Source: Octopus sinensis (lineage: Eukaryota). Taken from it: a stretch of DNA of 64,000 nucleotides. Made by a program: the position numbers and the translations under genes. Below the pieces are notes generated by a model. The model had not been told where the DNA came from. It saw only the letters and a program-made list of their open reading frames with translations, and searched no databases. Below are positions 55,571 through 64,000 of the stretch, one piece after another. The DNA lies in the NCBI RefSeq assembly GCF_006345805.1, contig NC_042998.1, forward strand, positions 138,012,001 to 138,076,000. The letters run 5' to 3'. Each line of letters begins with the position of its first letter. Positions within the stretch are counted from its first letter, which is position 1.

Positions 55571-58316
55571 AATAAAATAATAATAATAATAATGATAATA
55601 ATAAACAACAACAACAATAAAATAATAATAATAATAATAAATATAATAATGATAATAAAATAATATAATAATAATAATAATAATAATATAATAATAATAA
55701 TCAAATCAAAACAATATAATAAAATAACAGGACATAACAACAGGCGTCTTGCGACTGGGGACGAATTGAATTCAGCTGGTGTGTGTGGAAATGAGGCAGA
55801 GGGAAGAATATCGATGTGGCAGTGACCACGGTCATACGCAAAAGGGCTAGCAGTCTGGCCTATCGGTCACGTGAGAAGAGAAGGGAGAGAAAAAGAGGAA
55901 CAAAAGAATTAAGGAGGGGATGAGAAGAGAGAGAGAGAGTGAGAGCGAGAGCGAGAGAGAGAGAGAGAGTTGTAGAAGCAGGAGTAACCCTTCGCTTATT
56001 CTTTTCTACTCTAGGAACACGGCCTGAAATTTTTGGAGACGGGGCCAGTCGATTAAATCGACCCTAGTACGCAACTTGTACTTAATTTATCGACCCCGAA
56101 AGGATGACAGGCAAAATTGACTTCGGTGAAATTTGAACTCAGAACGTAAAGACAGATGAAATACTGCTAAGCATTTCGTCCGGTGTGCTAACGTTTCTGC
56201 TCGCTCGCCGCTCGCTTATTGTCACTTTCGCATCACAATACAACGATGGCGACTAAATTAGTCACAGTAATTTTATCCTTTCCTTCAGACGAATTCGAGA
56301 AAGTTTTCAAACATTAATGGATTCAGAGTATACGTAAAGGAGACCAATGTGGTAAAATGAAATATCTTAAATAAAAATGATTAAACTCGGACACAATCCT
56401 GTCTTCAATAAAACAGGCTTGAATATTTCACACACACACACCACACACACACTCACACACGAAACGATAGACTGAATACAATGAAATTGCCGTAGGGAGT
56501 GGATAATCCAACGTTTCGGACAGATTCCTTCTCCAGAGTAAAATTGATCTCTCTCTCTCTTCCTTTCTCTATTTCTCTCTCCTTCTCCTCATCTCTCTCC
56601 CTCTCCTCATCTCTCTCGCTCTCCTCATCTCTCTCCCTCTCCTCATCTCTCTCCTTGTATCTCTATCTGTATGTCCAAGTATCTGACACTGCTGGAGCTG
56701 AAATAAGGTGGCTGCTGTGCTGATGACGCCTAATGTGATAGAAAAACACTTCCAGGGCTATCGTCTTTTTTCCAGACAACTAGTGTGCCTTTTCTTTATG
56801 GAAAATTTTTGACTCTTGAGATTGCCCCCGAATATGACAAGAATATCTTTTAATTATCTTTAAAATTCTTTTTAGTTTATTTTAACTAGAGATCTCAATG
56901 AACCTCCACTTTCAAAAGGGTTATTGTTCCCATTTATGTCGTCATGTATGAAAATAATACGGAAGATATCTCAATCAAGTACCATTTCACACACCGCCAC
57001 CACCACCACCACCACCACCACCCCACCACCACCACCACCACCACCACCACCACCACCACCACCATCACCAACAACAACAACAAACGAATCCTAAAAACAA
57101 AATCCACTCCTATCTTCTTCATTTCTGCTTCTCCTGTACCACTTCCAAAATCACCACCATCACCCAGCAGCAGCAGTACCGCCCCCCACCACCACAACCT
57201 TCACCTCCACCACAGCCACTACCTTCTCCACTACCATCTCTACGATCACTATCAACACTATAGTCGTCACACTAAACCACTGCCACCATCACCGCCAGCT
57301 AGATAAAATCCACAATGGAGACCACAACCATCTGGAACACAACAATACGACCTAGTCTACCACCATCATCATCACCATCACTACCGCAATCAATATCACA
57401 ACCATCCCACCACCTAGTCTACCACCACCTAGTCTACCACCACTTTGTCTACCACCACCACCATCAACACCATCACCGTCTCCACTGAAATTTCTGTTCC
57501 TTCCACCACCAACAAAAGCAACTAATGAATTAGTCAACCAAATAAGCTAGTTGGCCTCAAAAACGATTTTTGTTCTCTCAGAAGATAAAAGCCAAGTCAA
57601 ATAGACAGCGTTGTTATACGATCGTTCTCTTGGCTATATCAAAGTATCGATGTAACAACATAACGATGCTTTGTAAACATTTAATATAATTTAATATCAA
57701 TCAATGGTTAATCATTACTATTTTCATAGATCTTCCCTTCAACGATGACCGTTATAGATTTGGTTTTGTACTGAAAATGCAAGCAGATGCGAACATCCAG
57801 ACAAATATTATATAGTTAGAGACAAGACTTTAGATTTATAGTGAAAGGGGGTGGGAGTGGGGGAAGGTATGTTGTGACGTTCATGGCTTAAGCAAACGAG
57901 TAAAATGGGTATTTGTGTCTTCTAGTCTATACTAAATGCGAACACATATGGACATTTTATATGGCACAACATTTTCAAACATCTGTGGGAGTAGCATGAG
58001 AAAGCGTGATACACTGATACATTCCCGCGGACAATTGAGACAGAAATGAAGTGAACTTGCAAAAATTGGGAATGAAAACCGGGCAACTGTTTCGGCACAT
58101 TAAGAGCTTTTATTTATTTTGTTGACACGAAATAACCAGTAAATGCGGCAACTACGCAGTTAGACGACTTGTTAAAAATAGAAACCAAATATCTCTCAAA
58201 CCATGCTCTATTCTCATTGAAAGGAAGGTGACATAGATTATGTTTCAAAAACACGGGAGGGCAATATCTGGAACACGTTAGTTATATGCATGTTCCAGCA
58301 AGGTTAAACTAGGTGT

Positions 58317-58397
<81 letters not shown>

Positions 58398-58424
58398 ACA
58401 CACACACACAAACACATATATATA

Positions 58425-58554
58425 TATATATAAAGCTGAAGTTGTCTGTGTATGGCAGGTATGGTAGCCTTCAACAAACACTATCTCCTCCGAGACCCTG
58501 CTGCGCAAGTTGACCAAAATTGAGAGTATGATAGAAGAAGGCTTGTTCTTCCTT
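58425..58554 (+). mobile_element. Possible 5' portion of a non-autonomous Helitron-like repeat
   Basis: Starts tatataaagctgaagttgtctg, similar to the 54201/54701 5' ends, and is truncated at the mariner arm. Confidence 0.4.
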
Positions 58555-58556
58555 AG

Positions 58557-59372
58557 TTGCCATAGTAACGAAGCTAAATCACGCAGAGTGAAGCTGATCG
58601 GCAAAGATTGATCTTGAACTCTGTTGTGCATGTACACTAAATTTTAATGTTCTAGCTCACTTCTGATGTTTACAGTGGTGCTGTGAAGGAAGGTATGTAG
58701 CATGTTATCGTCGCATTGATCATAACAGAGAAAGCTGTCATGCTGACACCTACTCAGAGGCTTGCGCAACGTTGCTTAAAGTGTATGGAGAGGAGTTTAT
58801 GAGCCACACACAAGTGTACGAGTGGTTCAGACGTTTCCAAGATGGCCGGAAAATGTCGATATTGATCAACGTTCTGGGAGACCCTCAACCAGCAGAATTG
58901 AAAAAAAACAAACATTGCAGATGTGCATGCAGTTGTGAGGGGAAATCTTTGAATCACCATCCGTGAGTTATCAGAAGACGTGCAGATTAGTTACGATTAA
59001 GTTTAGTTCATTATCGCTGAAGATTTTGGTATGAGACGCGTGTCTGCCATTTTTGTGCCAAAACAGCTTTCAGCTGACCAAAAGGACACTCGGGTTTCAG
59101 TTGCACAATATGTAAATTTGTTGAGAACGATGAAAATTTTTGAAAACTTAGAGTAGGCCTCTGATTTCTCTGTTATGTTTAATGCGATGATCACACGCTA
59201 CACATCTTCCTTCCAAGCACTACTGTAAACAGCGGAAGTGAGCTAGAACTTTCAAACTTAGTGCGTATGCACAGCAGAGTTCAAGGTCAATCTGTGCCAA
59301 GCAGATTCACTCTGCGTGCATTAGTTTCATAAGTATGGTAACAGCCCGGATACTTATTTATCAGACCACGTA
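58557..59372 (+). mobile_element. Internally deleted mariner with about 175-bp inverted arms
   Basis: LKVYGEEFMSHTQVYEWFRRFQDGR...ITIRELSEDVQIS...GMRRVSAIFVPKQLSADQK (HTH plus WVPxEL-like linker). Arms at 58557-58733 and 59165-59341. The right tip ggatacttatttatcagaccacg is followed by TA. Confidence 0.85.
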
Positions 59373-59541
59373 TTGAAACACGCATTGAGTCGAACCAGGG
59401 GCAGCTGATGAAGGGGAATATTCCTTGTATTGTTTGTCTTATACTCTGTTTTTTCGTTGTTAAAAAAAGTCCGCTTCCTTGTTTGTTTTTATGTTTTCGT
59501 TTCTCGCTGTGTTCTACGTTTATTTGTGGTGTCCTATACTC

Positions 59542-59576
<35 letters not shown>

Positions 59577-59586
59577 ATATATATAT

Positions 59587-60969
59587 ACTGCCTCCACGCG
59601 CTGCTACTACACTTTCGTCCTTGCCAGCAAAAAGGCTTCTTCGTTCGTCCCCTTGTGTGGTTAATTTCCTGTATAGTATTCTTGTTATTTTCTCGTTTTG
59701 TAACTAATTGTACTTTTTGTACATGTATTTTATTTTTGCAGTTTATTGTTTGTCTAGCCAGAAAAAAAGGCTTTTTCGTTCGTCCTCTTGTGTTGTTTTT
59801 GTACATGTATTTTAATTTTGCAGTTCTTATTGTTACGTCTTGTTTGTGTTCGTATCAGTGCCCCGCTGCTTGAAATTTTATTTTAATTCTCTCGCAGGAA
59901 GGCCTATTGGATTAGTGTTCTGTTATGCCTTCGAAACATGCCTGACTCCTCTAGCGACAGCTGATGACGGGGGTTTTGTTGTGTAACCTGTCCTGTATTT
60001 GGTTTTCGTTTTCCGTTTTCTTGTTTTTTGTTTTTTTTTGTTTCTACGTCTTATTGTGATGTCCTGTACTTCCGTATAATTATTTATATATGCATGTATA
60101 TATACATGTAGATGTAGGTACGTACATATATGTTTGTATGTATGCATATATTTTTATTTATCTCCTTATTGTCTGACAGCGCCCGCATCAGGTTCGTCCG
60201 ATTCGTCGTTTCGATCCACTTCTTGGTCCCTGTTTTTTATTAATATTAATATTATATTGAAGATGCGGTACTCTCTCCCTTTGCTTTAACCTCTTCAATC
60301 TTTCTCCCTCCCCCTCCTCCTCTCTCTTCGCGCGTGTCCCCACCCCTCCTTCCCTCTTCCTTGCCTATAAAACAAAATTCCTTTACACGTGGTTACCACT
60401 ATTGAAAAGACTGCCTCCACGCGCTGCTACTACACTTTCGTCCTTGCCAGCAAAAAGGCTTCTTCGTTCGTCCCCTTGTGTGGTTAATTTCCTGTATAGT
60501 ATTCTTGTTATTTTCTCGTTTTGTAACTAATTGTACTTTTTGTACATGTATTTATTTTTGCAGTTTTATTGTTTGTCTATGCCAGAAAAAAGGCTTTTTT
60601 CGTTCGTCCTCTTGTTGTGTTTGTTTTTGTACATGTATTTATTTTGCAGTCTTATTGTTCGTCTTGTTTGTGTTCGTACTCATTGTGCCCCGCTGCTTGA
60701 AATTTTATTTTAATTCTCTCGCAGGAAGGCCTATTGATTAGTGTTCTGTTATGCCTTCGAAACATGCCTGACTCCTCTGGCGACAGCTGATGACGGGGGT
60801 TTTGTCCTTGTGTAACCTGTCCTGTATTTGGTTTTCGTTTTCCGTTTTTCTTGTTTTTTGTTTTTTTCTGTTTCTACGTCTTATTGTGATGTCCTGTACT
60901 TCCGTATAATTATTATATATGCATGTATATATACATGTAGATGTAGGTACGTACATATATGTTTGTATG
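59587..60969 (+). repeat. Direct duplication of about 555 bp (59587-60140, 60410-60969) with an approximately 270-bp spacer
   Basis: Both copies start actgcctccacgcgctgctactacactttcg and end catatatgtttgtatg. Differences are mostly small indels. Confidence 0.9.
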
Positions 60970-61049
60970 CTATAATATTTTATATATCCTATATATATCT
61001 ATATATAATATATATGTATATATATTATATATAGTATATATATATATAA

Positions 61050-61080
<31 letters not shown>

Positions 61081-61088
61081 TATGTATA

Positions 61089-61128
<40 letters not shown>

Positions 61129-61561
61129 TATTATATATATATATATATATAATATGCATGTGTATATACATATAGATGTAGGTATGTACATATATGTATG
61201 TATGCATATGTTTTATCTGTTAAATTGTATTATATATATATATGTATATATATAATATATATATATGTGTGTGTGTGTGGTGGGTGGGTGTGGTACGTAT
61301 GATGTGTGCGTGTGTGTGTGTGTGTGTATGTATGTATGTGAGCGTGGTGGTGTGTGTATGTATGTATGTGAGCGTGTGTGTGGAGTTATAATGAAAACAA
61401 TGTACAATTAAAGTGAAGGAGCACTCATTACATTTTTGTGCGTATGTATGTACGCACACACACACACACATACACATATGTCTGTGTGTTTGTATATAAT
61501 TGCGTGTGCATATATGTATCTGTATATAGTATGTGCATGCGCGCATATGTGTGTGTGCGCG

Positions 61562-61607
<46 letters not shown>

Positions 61608-62199
61608 CAAGCTATATGAATATATACGCGCTTATGTGTGTTGAAATAATTACAAACTTTAAAATGAAACATGGCGAATATACATATTTATTTCAAGAAA
61701 AATATACAATGAAAGACAAAGAAAATAATGCAAACGATCCTAAGAAACGAATGGTAAAAAACAAGAAACAAACAAAAAAATACGCCATCATGCACACAAG
61801 CACACACTCACTAATGAGCATATTATATACACACGTACCAAAACATACATGTACGCATCTGTAAAAAAATCACAGAGGCAGATAATGTTACAATTTGCTG
61901 ATTAGAATGTGACAGCAAGTGTTTCCTTTGTCACTGTTTATCCCTCACCACTAACTATCACAGGGGACTATTCCGTTCTCTTGTGACAGGTTTGTGTGTG
62001 TATGTGTGTGTGTATGTGCTGCTGCAACTTGTCTATCTTACTCTCTCCGTCACTCTGTACGTGGACCGTCCCTTCTGTTTATGCTACTTTGTGTGAGCGT
62101 GCGCTAACGCGTGCGTGTATGGGAGTGTGCGCGCATGGGAGTGTTCGTACATGCGAGAGTGCGTGCATGGGAATATGCGCGCCTGTGTATTTCTGTTTA

Positions 62200-62279
<80 letters not shown>

Positions 62280-62327
62280 GTATCCAGTTGAAGTCTCTCT
62301 AAATATTCCTGTATCTGTCTGAAGGAC

Positions 62328-62433
<106 letters not shown>

Positions 62434-62585
62434 ATTTTTAATCATTTTCATTCACGTTTAATTACATCAGTTATTGTTTCTTTCCGTGTTTTTCGTGTGG
62501 AGTGTGAATTTGTGAATTTGTGTGCGTGTATGTATAGCTTTCTACCGTCTGTGCAACTTTTACACACACACACACACACACAAAA

Positions 62586-62634
<49 letters not shown>

Positions 62635-62723
62635 ACATGTGTGTGTGTATGTATATATATTCGAGAGTATACTTTTTCCACATACATATACATACATATA
62701 TACATACATACATACATATATAC

Positions 62724-62773
<50 letters not shown>

Positions 62774-62845
62774 ATATATTATTCGTTTATGCATAAATGT
62801 ATGTACATATGTATGTTTCTATGATATATATTATGTATGTTTCTA

Positions 62846-62916
<71 letters not shown>

Positions 62917-64000
62917 TTAACGTATACATACGAACGCGCGTGCACACACGTATGTATGAGTGTGTATAATGATCTGGCACAGGAATGGATTTCTACCCAT
63001 AGTTCTCTGTTCTACACGCCCGCTTCTATATTTCCAATTCCCTTCCCTATTGCTCCCTATTTCACAGTATTTCTTGCGCATGCGCGTCTTTAGCTCCCTT
63101 TATTTAATGTTTAACCTCACCACATTATCATCAACTCTTACTCCTCCTTCTCTCTCTCTCGTTATCTCTCTCTCCCTTTATCTATCTATCTATCTATCTA
63201 TTTGTCCATCTATCTTATCTATCTTCATCTGTTTTCGGAATGGTACTTGCTATTCCCAGGAGTTCGAGGCATCAGCGCGGGCAGGCAAAGCCATTATTCA
63301 TCTTTACTAAGTACAGTGTCAACATATCATCATTGGGAGGTTAATTAAGGTTCCATATCTAACACTAAGATGAAAAAGTGATTAACATGTAAAGCTTTCA
63401 TCGTTGTTTACAAACCGTATTGACGTGACCACACGTAAAAGAAAGCAGCACTCGCTCACACGTGTGCATGCGTATGAAGCCACACCCATGTACGCTCATG
63501 CACACACACGCACAGTCTTGTACACATACATACACACGCACACACAAACATGCATACCCGCATTAAGACTATTAGACACGCTCGTTCTTATGTATGTATT
63601 TGATATGCACGCAATTTGCAATTTCTGCGTGAGTGTGTGTACACATACATGCATATACACACGCACACATATTTTTTTTTATGCAAATGCATTTAAAAAG
63701 ATTTTCTACAGACTCATTTACGGATGTGCATAAAAATGCGTTTATATATATATAGGAAATGCTTTTATGTATGTATGTATGTATGTATGTATGTATGTAT
63801 GTATGTATGTATGTATGTATGTATGTATGTATGTATGTATGTTATGTATGATGCATGTATGATGTATGTATGTATGTATGTTATGTTGCATATTATATGT
63901 ATGTATATTACGTATATGTATATAGATATTATATGTATGTATATTTATGTAGGAATGTATATAGATAGACCAATCGATCGATCGATCGATAGATAGATAG

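Noticed and set aside
59890-59970. gaaggc...gccttc-gaaacatg hairpin followed by ctgatga (also at about 60720-60795)
   Set aside because: There is no CUGANGA ahead of the stem and no U-H site, and the downstream ctgatga has no partner stem.

Overview
AT-rich animal genomic DNA. The SINE families and the very high microsatellite density point to a coleoid cephalopod, most likely Octopus (inference). The only host gene I can support is the last coding exon of the PRD-class homeobox gene Orthopedia (otp) on the minus strand at 34098-34628. It encodes homeodomain helix 3 through the OAR motif and the stop codon. I found no upstream otp exon, so the intron appears to be at least 29 kb. The rest is microsatellites and mobile-element debris: at least four tRNA-derived SINE types, Tc1/mariner remnants, Tigger-like MITEs, Helitrons, fragments of Dong/R4-like and CR1/L2-like LINEs, and Penelope-like elements (PLEs). 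Almost all ORFs in the supplied track are microsatellite artefacts. The main hidden signal is a set of type I hammerhead ribozyme (HHR) motifs from several unrelated sequence families, folded here by hand. Two have a fully canonical core (22243-22336 +, 16872-16966 -). One has a compensatory U3-A8 core pair (4511-4558 +). One is near-intact (13249-13339 +), and several are decayed. All have palindromic or near-palindromic helix III, and most lie in short units bounded by microsatellites, usually (TA)n. This fits PLE pseudo-LTRs or retrozyme-like elements. Other structural oddities are repeated fold-back (inverted) derivatives, a head-to-tail Helitron dimer and a probable SINE gene-conversion tract. 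No computation or database search was run, so family names are from recognition only.
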